NCBI GenBank assembly: GCA_002269645.1 | Contig: NIVC01001498.1 | Location: 62,001-126,000 of the forward strand | Length of the DNA stretch: 64,000 bases | Direction: 5' to 3' | DNA from: Macrostomum lignano | Lineage: Eukaryota | Shown here: in pieces, positions 1 to 11,170 of the stretch | Layout: the number at the start of each line of letters is the position of its first letter | How positions within the stretch are numbered: position 1 is the stretch's first letter | Program-made: the position numbers and the translations under genes | Notes under the pieces: model-generated | Databases searched by the model: none | What the model was told of the DNA's origin: nothing | Seen by the model: only the letters and a program-made list of their open reading frames with translations

Positions 1-3000
1 AGTGGCAGAGACACATTCACCGAGACAGTGGCAGACACATTCACCGAGACAGTGGCAGGCAGACACATTCACCGAGACAGTGGCAGGCAGACACATTCAC
101 CGAGACAGTGGCAGGCAGACACATTCACCGAGACAGTGGCAGGCAGACACATTCACCGAGACAGTGGCAGACAGACACATTCACCGAGACAGTGGCAGGC
201 AGACACATTCACCGAGACAGTGGCAGACAGACACATTCACCGAGACAGTGGCAGACACATTCACCGAGACAGTGGCAGGCAGACACATTCACCGAGACAG
301 TGGCAGAGACACATTCACCGAGACAGTGGCAGGCAGACACATTCACCGAGACAGTGGCAGAGACACATTCACCGAGACAGTGGCAGGCAGACACATTCAC
401 CGAGACAGTGGCAGGCAGACACATTCACCGAGACAGTGGCAGACACATTCACCGAGACAGTGGCAGGCAGACACATTCACCGAGACAGTGGCAGACACAT
501 TCACCGAGACAGTGGCAGACACATTCACCGAGACAGTGGCAGACACATTCACCGAGACAGTGGCAGACACATTCACCGAGACAGTGGCAGACACATTCAC
601 CGAGACAGTGGCAGACACATTCACCGAGACAGTGGCAGACACATTCACCGAGACAGTGGCAGACACATTCACCGAGACAGTGGCAGACACATTCACCGAG
701 ACAGTGGCAGACACATTCACCGAGACAGTGGCAGACACATTCACCGAGACAGTGGCAGGCAGACACATTCACCGAGACAGTGGCAGGCAGACACATTCAC
801 CGAGACAGTGGCAGGCAGACACATTCACCGAGACAGTGGCAGGCAGACACATTCACCGAGACAGTGGCAGACACATTCACCGAGACAGTGGCAGGCAGAC
901 ACATTCACCGAGACAGTGGCAGACAGACACATTCACCGAGACAGTGGCAGGCAGACACATTCACCGAGACAGTGGCAGGCAGACACATTCACCGAGACAG
1001 TGGCAGGCAGACACATTCACCGAGACAGTGGCAGGCAGACACATTCACCGAGACAGTGGCAGGCAGACACATTCACCGAGACAGTGGCAGGCAGACACAT
1101 TCACCGAGACAGTGGCAGGCAGACACATTCACCGAGACAGTGGCAGGCAGACACATTCACCGAGACAGTGGCAGGCAGACACATTCACCGAGACAGTGGC
1201 AGGCAGACACATTCACCGAGACAGTGGCAGACACATTCACCGAGACAGTGGCAGACACATTCACCGAGACAGTGGCAGACACATTCACCGAGACAGTGGC
1301 AGACACATTCACCGAGACAGTGGCAGAGACACATTCACCGAGACAGTGGCAGACACATTCACCGAGACAGTGGCAGAGACACATTCACCGAGACAGTGGC
1401 AGGCAGACACATTCACCGAGACAGTGGCAGGCACACATTCACCGAGACAGTGGCAGGCAGACACATTCACCGAGACAGTGGCAGGCAGACACATTCACCG
1501 AGACAGTGGCAGGCAGACACATTCACCGAGACAGTGGCAGGCAGACACATTCACCGAGACAGTGGCAGACAGACACATTCACCGAGACAGTGGCAGGCAG
1601 ACACATTCACCGAGACAGTGGCAGGCAGACACATTCACCGAGACAGTGGCAGGCAGACACATTCACCGAGACAGTGGCAGGCAGACACATTCACCGAGAC
1701 AGTGGCAGGCAGACACATTCACCGAGACAGTGGCAGGCAGACACATTCACCGAGACAGTGGCAGGCAGACACATTCACCGAGACAGTGGCAGGCAGACAC
1801 ATTCACCGAGACAGTGGCAGGCAGACACATTCACCGAGACAGTGGCAGGCAGACACATTCACCGAGACAGTGGCAGGCAGACACATTCACCGAGACAGTG
1901 GCAGACAGACACATTCACCGAGACAGTGGCAGGCAGACACATTCACCGAGACAGTGGCAGGCAGACACATTCACCGAGACAGTGGCAGGCAGACACATTC
2001 ACCGAGACAGTGGCAGGCAGACACATTCACCGAGACAGTGGCAGGCAGACACATTCACCGAGACAGTGGCAGGCAGACACATTCACCGAGACAGTGGCAG
2101 GCAGACACATTCACCGAGACAGTGGCAGGCAGACACATTCACCGAGACAGTGGCAGAGACACATTCACCGAGACAGTGGCAGGCAGACACATTCACCGAG
2201 ACAGTGGCAGGCAGACACATTCACCGAGACAGTGGCAGGCAGACACATTCACCGAGACAGTGGCAGGCAGACACATTCACCGAGACAGTGGCAGGCAGAC
2301 ACATTCACCGAGACAGTGGCAGGCAGACACATTCACCGAGACAGTGGCAGACACATTCACCGAGACAGTGGCAGGCAGACACATTCACCGAGACAGTGGC
2401 AGGCAGACACATTCACCGAGACAGTGGCAGACACATTCACCGAGACAGTGGCAGGCAGACACATTCACCGAGACAGTGGCAGGCAGACACATTCACCGAG
2501 ACAGTGGCAGGCAGACACATTCACCGAGACAGTGGCAGGCAGACACATTCACCGAGACAGTGGCAGGCAGACACATTCACCGAGACAGTGGCAGGCAGAC
2601 ACATTCACCGAGACAGTGGCAGGCAGACACATTCACCGAGACAGTGGCAGGCAGACACATTCACCGAGACAGTGGCAGACACATTCACCGAGACAGTGGC
2701 AGGCAGACACATTCACCGAGACAGTGGCAGACAGACACATTCACCGAGACAGTGGCAGGCAGACACATTCACCGAGACAGTGGCAGACACATTCACCGAG
2801 ACAGTGGCAGGCAGACACATTCACCGAGACAGTGGCAGACACATTCACCGAGACAGTGGCAGACACATTCACCGAGACAGTGGCAGACACATTCACCGAG
2901 ACAGTGGCAGACACATTCACCGAGACAGTGGCAGACACACATTCACCGAGACAGTGGCAGACACATTCACCGAAACAGTGGCAGACACATTCACCGAGAC

Positions 3001-5621
3001 AGTGGCAGACACATTCACCGAGACAGTGGCAGACAGACACATTCACCGAGACAGTGGCAGACACATTCACCGAGACAGTGGCAGACAGACACATTCACCG
3101 AGACAGTGGCAGGCAGACACATTCACCGAGACAGTGGCAGGCAGACACATTCACCGAGACAGTGGCAGACAGACACATTCACCGAGACAGTGGCAGGCAG
3201 ACACATTCACCGAGACAGTGGCAGACAGACACATTCACCGAGACAGTGGCAGGCAGACACATTCACCGAGACAGTGGCAGACAGACACATTCACCGAGAC
3301 AGTGGCAGACACATTCACCGAGACAGTGGCAGGCAGACACATTCACCGAGACAGTGGCAGGCAGACACATTCACCGAGACAGTGGCAGGCAGACACATTC
3401 ACCGAGACAGTGGCAGACACATTCACCGAGACAGTGGCAGGCAGACACATTCACCGAGACAGTGGCAGACACATTCACCGAGACAGTGGCAGGCAGACAC
3501 ATTCACCGAGACAGTGGCAGACACATTCACCGAGACAGTGGCAGGCAGACACATTCACCGAGACAGTGGCAGACACATTCACCGAGACAGTGGCAGACAC
3601 ATTCACCGAGACAGTGGCAGGCAGACACATTCACCGAGACAGTGGCAGACACATTCACCGAGACAGTGGCAGGCAGACACATTCACCGAGACAGTGGCAG
3701 ACACATTCACCGAGACAGTGGCAGACACATTCACCGAGACAGTGGCAGACACATTCACCGAGACAGTGGCAGACACATTCACCGAGACAGTGGCAGGCAG
3801 ACACATTCACCGAGACAGTGGCAGACACATTCACCGAGACAGTGGCAGACACATTCACCGAGACAGTGGCAGAGACACATTCACCGAGACAGTGGCAGGC
3901 AGACACATTCACCGAGACAGTGGCAGGCAGACACATTCACCGAGACAGTGGCAGGCAGACACATTCACCGAGACAGTGGCAGGCAGACACATTCACTGAG
4001 ACAGTGGCAGGCAGACACATTTACCGAGACAGTGGCAGACAGACATTCACCGAGACAGTGGCAGGCAGACACATTCACCGAGACAGTGGCAGACAGACAC
4101 ATTCACCGAGACAGTGGCAGGCAGACACATTCACCGAGACAGTGGCAGGCAGACACATTCACCGAGACAGTGGCAGACACATTCACCGAGACAGTGGCAG
4201 GCAGACACATTCACCGAGACAGTGGCAGACAGACACATTCACCGAGACAGTGGCAGGCAGACACATTCACCGAGACAGTGGCAGGCAGACACATTCACCG
4301 AGACAGTGGCAGGCAGACACATTCACCGAGACAGTGGCAGACACATTCACCGAGACAGTGGCAGGCAGACACATTCACCGAGACAGTGGCAGACAGATTC
4401 ACCGAGACAGTGGCAGGCAGACACATTCACCGAGACAGTGGCAGGCAGACACATTCACCGAGACAGTGGCAGGCAGACACATTCACCGAGACAGTGGCAG
4501 GCAGACACATTCACCGAGACAGTGGCAGGCAGACACATTCACCGAGACAGTGGCAGGCAGACACATTCACCGAGACAGTGGCAGACACATTCACCGAGAC
4601 AGTGGCAGGCAGACACATTCACCGAGACAGTGGCAGACAGACACATTCACCGAGACAGTGGCAGGCAGACACATTCACCGAGACAGTGGCAGGCAGACAC
4701 ATTCACCGAGACAGTGGCAGGCAGACACATTCACCGAGACAGTGGCAGGCAGACACATTCACCGAACAGTGGCAGACACATTCACCGAGACAGTGGCAGG
4801 CAGACACATTCACCGAGACAGTGGCAGGCAGACACATTCACCGAGACAGTGGCAGGCAGACACATTCACCGAGACAGTGGCAGACACATTCACCGAGACA
4901 GTGGCAGACACATTCACCGAGACAGTGGCAGGCACACATTCACCGAGACAGTGGCAGACACATTCACCGAGACAGTGGCAGACACATTCACCGAGACAGT
5001 GGCAGACACATTCACCGAGACAGTGGCAGACACATTCACCGAGACAGTGGCAGACACATTCACCGAGACAGTGGCAGGCAGACACATTCACCGAGACAGT
5101 GGCAGACACATTCACCGAGACAGTGGCAGAGACACATTCACCGAGACAGTGGCAGACACATTCACCGAGACAGTGGCAGACACATTCACCGAGACAGTGG
5201 CAGACACATTCACTGAGACAGTGGCAGACACATTTACCGAGACAGTGGCAGACACATTCACCGAGACAGTGGCAGGCAGACACATTCACCGAGACAGTGG
5301 CAGGCAGACACATTCACCGAGACAGTGGCAGACACATTCACCGAGACAGTGGCAGACACATTCACCGAGACAGTGGCAGACAGACACATTCACCGAGACA
5401 TTGGCAGACACATTCACCGAGACATTGGCAGACACATTCACCGAGACAGTGGCAGACACATTCACCGAGACAGTGGCAGACACATTCACCGAGACAGTGG
5501 CAGACACATTCACGGAGACAGTGGCAGACACATTCACCGAGACAGTGGCAGACACATTCACCGAGACAGTGGCAGACACATTCACCGAGACAGTGGCAGA
5601 CACATTCACCGAGACATTGGC
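1..5621. repeat. Minisatellite array with 24/26/28-bp unit variants, AGTGGCAG(GCAG|AG|ACAG)ACACATTCACCGAGAC; >200 units; runs off the window start; inferred to lie in a ZFYVE26 intron
   Basis: Unit read directly; the 8-aa periodicity (DTFTETVA) of the ORF track equals 24 bp; the array ends ~44 nt before the AG acceptor at 5663-5664. Confidence 0.97.
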
Positions 5622-5664
5622 TTTATAAAACCACTTATTATTTTTAAACAAAAAATTTCCACAG

Positions 5665-6118
5665 CAATTGCGACGGTTTTGCCAGTTTGACTTAGAGTCT
5701 GAGTGCCAATACTACCTGCAGCGTTACGGCACTTACCTCAGCCGGCTAAACTTTCTTATGCGTCATAAACGACTAGAATCTGCGTTGGCCTTCTGCGTTG
5801 AACACTCGGTATCCATTGAGCCGATAGTGGAGGGCCTGGTTAATCCAGCGATTCAGTCTGGCAACGCAGAAGTGCTTGTGCTGCTCCTAGAGAGAGCCTT
5901 GGACCAACAACCGGATTTCTGGCAGCCGTGCCTGCCCAGAATCTGCGGCTGTTTAGACAGGGCCGGCCTGTTTCAGCCGCTCTACCAGCTGCAGTGTCGA
6001 ACCGGGGACCACGTTCGAGCCGCCATGACCTGCGTGCACGAGTTTCACCTGCGCGGTGCGACCAGCTACGCTCAGCTAGCTGCTGCGAGTAGGAAGGAGC
6101 CGCTAGAGAGGGCTATTG
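5665..6118 (+). CDS. ZFYVE26: ZFYVE26/spastizin (SPG15) homolog, C-terminal region, first exon visible in the window
   Basis: Acceptor tttccacAG|; donor attg|GTgggt. Translation ESECQYYLQRYGT...LYQLQCRTGDHVRAAMTCVHEF...ATSYAQL matches recalled human spastizin ECLFYLHNYST...LYELQQFMKDQVRAAMTCIRFF...AKSYTEL. Upstream exons lie outside the window. Confidence 0.88.
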
Positions 6119-6202
6119 GTGGGTTGCTATGGTGACAGCTGTGTCAGTTTTTGCGCTCTGTCTAGTTCAAATTTTCTGTTAATCTGGTTAAGTCTTTATC
6201 TT

Positions 6203-6775
6203 CCCAGATCCTCAGTTGCTAGGCCAGCCTCCCAGAGTGTCAGTTGCTGGGCCAGCCTCCCAGATCCTCAGTTGCTGGGCCAGCCTCTAAGATCATCAGT
6301 TGATGGGCCAGCCTCCCAGATCCCCAGTTTCTTGGCTGGCCTCCCAGATCCCAAGTTCCTGGGCCAGCCTCTCAGATCCTCAGTTGCTGGGCCAGCCTCC
6401 CAGAGTGTTAGTTGCTGGGCCAGCCTCCCAGATCCTCAGTTGCTGGGCCAGTCTCCCAGATCCTCAGTTGCTGGGCCAGCCTCCCAGATCCTCAGTTGCT
6501 GGGCCAGCCTCCCAGATCCTCAGTTGCTGGGCCAGCCTCCCAGATCCTCAGTTGCTGGGCCAGCCTCCCAGATCCTCAGTTGCTGGGCCAGCCTTCCAGA
6601 TCCTCAGTTGCTGGGCCAGCCTCCCAGATCCCCAGTTTCTTGGCTGGCCTCCCAGATCCCAAGTTCCTGGGCCAGCCTCCCAGATCCCCAGTTGCTGGGC
6701 CAGCCTCCCAGATCCTCAGTTGCTGGGCCAGGGTCCCAGAGTGTCAGTTGCAGGGCCAGCCTCCCAGATTCTCAG
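6203..6775 (+). repeat. 28-bp minisatellite (CCTCCCAGATCCTCAGTTGCTGGGCCAG)n, ~20 units, in a ZFYVE26 intron
   Basis: Unit read directly; it is the reverse complement of the array at 7420-8738. Confidence 0.95.
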
Positions 6776-6874
6776 CATACTTATTCAACACCTCCACGAC
6801 CCTCAGCAGTACAAAGATCCCAGTCATTACGGAGCTGTCCACTGCAAAATAATACCCCCCTTCGGACTCCGCAG

Positions 6875-7398
6875 GCCACCTCCGCCAGGCCATGAAGTCC
6901 CTGACCCAGCAGGACCCGGCCGCCGGCGGCCCCGAAGCTGCCAGAATTCTCCGCCTGCCCGAGAAGGAGCTGCGCAGCCTCATCCGCTGTCTGCAGCTTC
7001 ACCTGGACGTTGTGGCCTACCTGGGCAAGGCGGCAATCGCTGACAGGAAGCCGATCTCGTCCCTCCGTCTGGCCAGCCCATTGCCAACGTTGCTATCGAG
7101 AAATCGCGCTGAAGCGCTAGTAGACTTGGGCCTGCTAGTGCTGCTGTCCTCACCTGTGATTGCCGACGGTCTGAGCTTGCTCATGCGCCTGCACTCCGAC
7201 GTGCCTCTGCCGGCAGATCGAATCGCTGATTTATCAGTTCGCTACCTGGCCAAGGATTGTCGAGCCGACGCGCTCTGCGAACTGTTGGCCTGTTGGGCTT
7301 CCGAGCCGCGTTTGAGTCTGGGACTGAGCCGGGACCAAGTGGACTCATTAGCTGTCACGGCTATGCGTAAATTAACTCCGGAGTTACAGCAGACCAAT
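6875..7398 (+). CDS. ZFYVE26: ZFYVE26/spastizin homolog, penultimate coding exon (524 nt)
   Basis: Acceptor ctccgcAG|gc and donor aat|GTgagt. The phase-1 join gives LERAI-G-HLRQAMKS (cf. LLKAKDHLKIYL). LQLHLDVVAYL and PLPTLL match LQLQMEVTRFL and PLPTLF. Confidence 0.88.
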
Positions 7399-7419
7399 GT
7401 GAGTGCTCATTTGATTTTT

Positions 7420-8738
7420 CTGAGGATCTGGGAGGCTGGCCCAGCAACTGAGTATCTGGGAGGTTGGCCCAGCAACTGAGGATCTGGGAGGCTGGCCCAG
7501 CAACTGAGTATCTGGGAGGTTGGCCCAGCAACTGAGGATCTGGGAGGCTGGCCCAGCAACTGAGTATCTGGGAGGTTGGCCCAGCAACTGAGGATCTGGG
7601 AGGCTGGCCCAGCAACTGGGGATCTGGGAGGCTGGCCCAGCAACTGAGGATCTGGGAGGCTGGCCCAGCAACTGAGGATCTGGGAGGCTGGCCCAGCAAC
7701 TGAGGATCTGAGAGGCTGGCTCAGCAACTAATGATCTGGGAGGCTGGCCCAGCAACTGGGGATCTGGGAGGCTGGCCCAGCAACTGAGTATCTGGGAGGT
7801 TGGCCCAGCAACTGAGGATCTGGGAGGCTGGCCCAGCAACTGAGGATCTGGGAGGTTGGCCCAGCAACTGAGGATCTGGGAGGCTGGCCCAGCAACTGGG
7901 GATCTGGGAGGCTGGCCCAGCAACTGAGGATCTGGGAGGCTGGCCCAGCAACTGAGGATCTGGGAGGCTGGCCCAGCAACTGAGGATCTGAGAGGCTGGC
8001 TCAGCAACTAATGATCTGGGAGGCTGGCTCAGCAACTGAGGATCTGGGAGGCTGGCCCAGCAACTGAGTATCTGGGAGGTTGGCCCAGCAACTGAGGATC
8101 TGGGAGGCTGGCCCAGCAACTGAGTATCTGGGAGGTTGGCCCAGCAACTGAGGATCTGGGAGGCTGGCCCAGCAACTGAGGATCTGGGAGGCTGGCCCAG
8201 CAACTGAGGATCTGAGAGGCTGGCTCAGCAACTAATGATCTGGGAGGCTGGCTCAGCAACTGAGGATCTGAGAGGCTGGCCCAGCAACTGAGGATCTGGG
8301 AGGCTGGCCCAGCAACTAATGATCTGGGAGGCTGGCCCAGCAACTGAGGATCTGGGAGGCTGGCCCAGCAACTAATGATCTGGGAGGCTGGCTCAGCAAC
8401 TGATGATCTGAGAGGCTGGCCCAGCAACTGAGTATCTGGGAGGCTGGCCTGGCCCAGCAACTGAGTATCTGGGAGGCTGTCTCAGCAACTGAGGACCTGG
8501 GAAGGCTGGCCCATCAACTGAGGATCTGGGAGGCTGGCTCAGCAACTGATGATCTGAGAGGCTGGCCCAGCAACTGAGGATCTGGGAGGCTGGCTCAGCA
8601 ACTGATGATCTGAGAGGCTGGCCCATCAACTGAGGATCTGGGAGGCTGGCTCAGCAACTGATGATCTGAGAGGCTGGCCCAGCAACTGAGGATCTGGGAG
8701 GCTGGCTCAGCAACAGAGGATCTGAGAGGCTGGCCAGC
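7420..8738 (-). repeat. The same 28-bp minisatellite in inverted orientation, (CTGGCCCAGCAACTGAGGATCTGGGAGG)n, ~47 units, in the next ZFYVE26 intron
   Basis: Unit is the exact reverse complement of the 6203-6775 unit; the array starts ~21 nt after the donor at 7399. Confidence 0.95.
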
Positions 8739-9608
8739 ACGTCAACTTTTGAGTTTTGCATCCTGAATTTCTACCACTGATGCCGAATTGGCGCTCTGTT
8801 ATTTTCCCTAGCTGGATGGCATTCAATTTAAGTTGGATATTTTTTGTAATTCATATTTTAATTGAATTCTGTGAGCTGTGAATTCAAGACTTCTATTAGT
8901 TGTCAAATTTAGGTAATCTGTAAACATGAAGTCTGCAGAGAGGCTTTGCAGTGTAAGGTATTATTTTGACTGATCCCAGCTGGTGCATCCTTAAAAACCT
9001 TCCTTGGGATACAATTTTTATCTTGAGAGAATCAATGTATTTCGTTTCCTAGAATCAGATTCTGGTAGTCCGACCGGTGAAAGTTCGAATTTAACTTTTG
9101 ATATTGAAAGTTCACAGAAAGTTCTGCTATAAGCGCTAATCCATTGAAATTCTAACAAGTATCAACTAACTTCTTGTATTGCTTTGGTCGTGCTATGTGT
9201 AACAGTGGGCATGCAAAACGGAACGGCCCATAGAATTCTATAGCCAAGTGTTGAATTAACTCGGGGCCGGAAAGCAAGCCATAGACAACTCGATTTGTCA
9301 TGCAATATGGAACAATGAGCCGGAATAGAAGGAACGGTTTGAGTGTTATTTACAGAAAGAATAAATACAGACATTAATGAAGCACATTTTAAGTCACAAA
9401 TCGAAACCATCAAATATAAAAAGGTCAACTCTTCGTTAGCGTATTCGCTTCTGGATGTCCCCAGTTCCACATAGCATGACAAAAGCAATAGTAAAGCCAA
9501 ACGTTATTTTTCCAGCTTTAATGAACTAGTGAAATAGTCAGTGACTATCAATCACTCCTCGTTTCACTTATCCATCCCCTGCTACTTTTTTAATTCGATT
9601 CCCAACAG

Positions 9609-9827
9609 CCGAGCATCTCCGAGGATCTGCTCAAACTAATCAGCTCGGTTGCTAAGCGTGTCGAAGCCCTGATAGTGACAGGAAAGTTGAAGAAAGCGTA
9701 TCTATTAGCCGTTAGTTGCAACAATCTGGAATTGGTTACACAAGTTCGCGACGAAGCTGCTCGTAGGGGGCAGGCGCCGCTGAGGGACATGGCTGACAAG
9801 TGGATTGCATCGAAGCCACCAGGCTGA
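9609..9827 (+). CDS. ZFYVE26: ZFYVE26/spastizin homolog, terminal coding exon (missed by the ORF track)
   Basis: Acceptor cccaacAG|, phase 0. PSISEDLLKLISSVAKRVEALIVTGKLKKAYLLAV...QVRDEAARRGQAPLRDMADKWI...* matches recalled spastizin C-terminus (KVRAYLICCKLRSAYLIAVK...VQDICAQWL). TGA at 9825-9827. Confidence 0.88.
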   Translation, partial: PSISEDLLKLISSVAKRVEALIVTGKLKKAYLLAVSCNNLELVTQVRDEAARRGQAPLRDMADKWIASKPPG

Positions 9828-10044
9828 ACTTTTTGCCTTCTTAAACTACTGTTTCTGTGCCAAGTGCTTTAAAGTTTTCGTCGATCGCAGAAAAAAACTG
9901 ACTTGCCAAATTTGCTCTTGTTTTTCAGCAATAATTAGTACTTGATTGATTTTATAACCCAGTTGCTTTGACCAACTAAAGGGTTGGTTAAAGTCGATTC
10001 GGAGTCCTTTGATTTTACCGCCTCGTTGTCTTAAACAAACTAGG

Positions 10045-11170
10045 TGGCTAGAGGAAGAAGTGGCTGGCTTACTTGGTCAAAGTTGGTTTATTTTTATGAC
10101 CCCGTTGCCTTAATTGGTGGCTTGAGGAAGTGGCTGGCTGACTTGGTTAAAGTTGGTTAATTTTTATGACCCCGTTGCCTTAATTGGTGGCGGTTAGAGG
10201 GAGTGGCTGGCTGACTTGGTCAAAGTTGGTTAATTTTATGACCCCGTTGCCTTAATTGGTGGCTTGAGGAAGTGGCTGGCTGGCTTGGTCAAAGTTGGTT
10301 AATTTTATGACCCCGTTGCCTTAATTGGTGGCGGTTAGAGGGAGTGGCTGGCTGACTTGGTCAAAGTTGGTTAATTTTATGACCCCGTTGCCTTAATTAG
10401 TGGCTTGAGGAAGTGGCTGGCTGACTTGGTCAAAGTTGGTTAATTTTATGACCCCGTTGCCTTAATTGGTGGCGGTTAGAGGGAGTGGCTGGCTGACTTG
10501 GTCAAAGTTGGTTAATTTTATGACCCCGTTGCCTTAATTGGTGGCTTGAGGAGGTGGCTGGCTGACTTGGTCAAAGTTGGTTAATTTTATGACCCCGTTG
10601 CCTTAATTGGTGGCGGTTAGAGGGAGTGGCTGGCTGACTTGGTCAAAGTTGGTTAATTTTATGACCCCGTTGCCTTAATTGGTGGCTTGAGGAAGTGGCT
10701 GGCTGACTTGGTCAAAGTTGGTTAATTTTATGACCCCGTTGCCTTAATTGGTGGCGGTTAGAGGGAGTGGCTGGCTGACTTGGTCAAAGTTGGTTAATTT
10801 TATGACCCCGTTGCCTTAATTGGTGGCTTGAGGAAGTGGCTGGCTGACTTGGTCAAAGTTGGTTAATTTTATGACCCCGTTGCCTTAATTGGTGGCGGTT
10901 AGAGGAAGTGGCTGGCTGACTTGGTCAAAGTTGGTTAATTTTATGACCCCGTTGCCTTAATTGGTGGCGGTTAGAGGGAGTGGCTGGCTGACTTGGTCAA
11001 AGTTGGTTAATTTTATGACCCCGTTGCCTTAATTGGTGGCGGTTAGAGGGAGTGGCTGGCTGGCTTGGTCAAAGTTGGTTAATTTTATGACCCCGTTGCC
11101 TTAATTGGTGGCGGTTAGAGGGAGTGGCTGGCTGACTTGGTCAAAGTGTTTATGACCCCGTTGCCTTATT
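10045..11170. repeat. Tandem repeat of ~70/73-bp units, largely alternating (dimer ~143 bp), ~16 units
   Basis: Units beginning GGTGGCTTGAGGAAG and GGTGGCGGTTAGAGGGAG alternate and share TGGCTGGCTGACTTGGTCAAAGTTGGTTAATTTTATGACCCCGTTGCCTTAATT. Confidence 0.93.

Noticed and set aside
2-5647. 1300-1900-aa ORFs in three frames, and similar long ORFs at 6116-8629, 24685-25346, 26221-27290, 30938-32098, 32564-33719, 37641-38571, 40705-42141, 45798-47384, 59460-60693 and 61842-63216
   Set aside because: They coincide with tandem arrays, their peptides are pure translations of the repeat period, and most lie in introns of the reconstructed genes.
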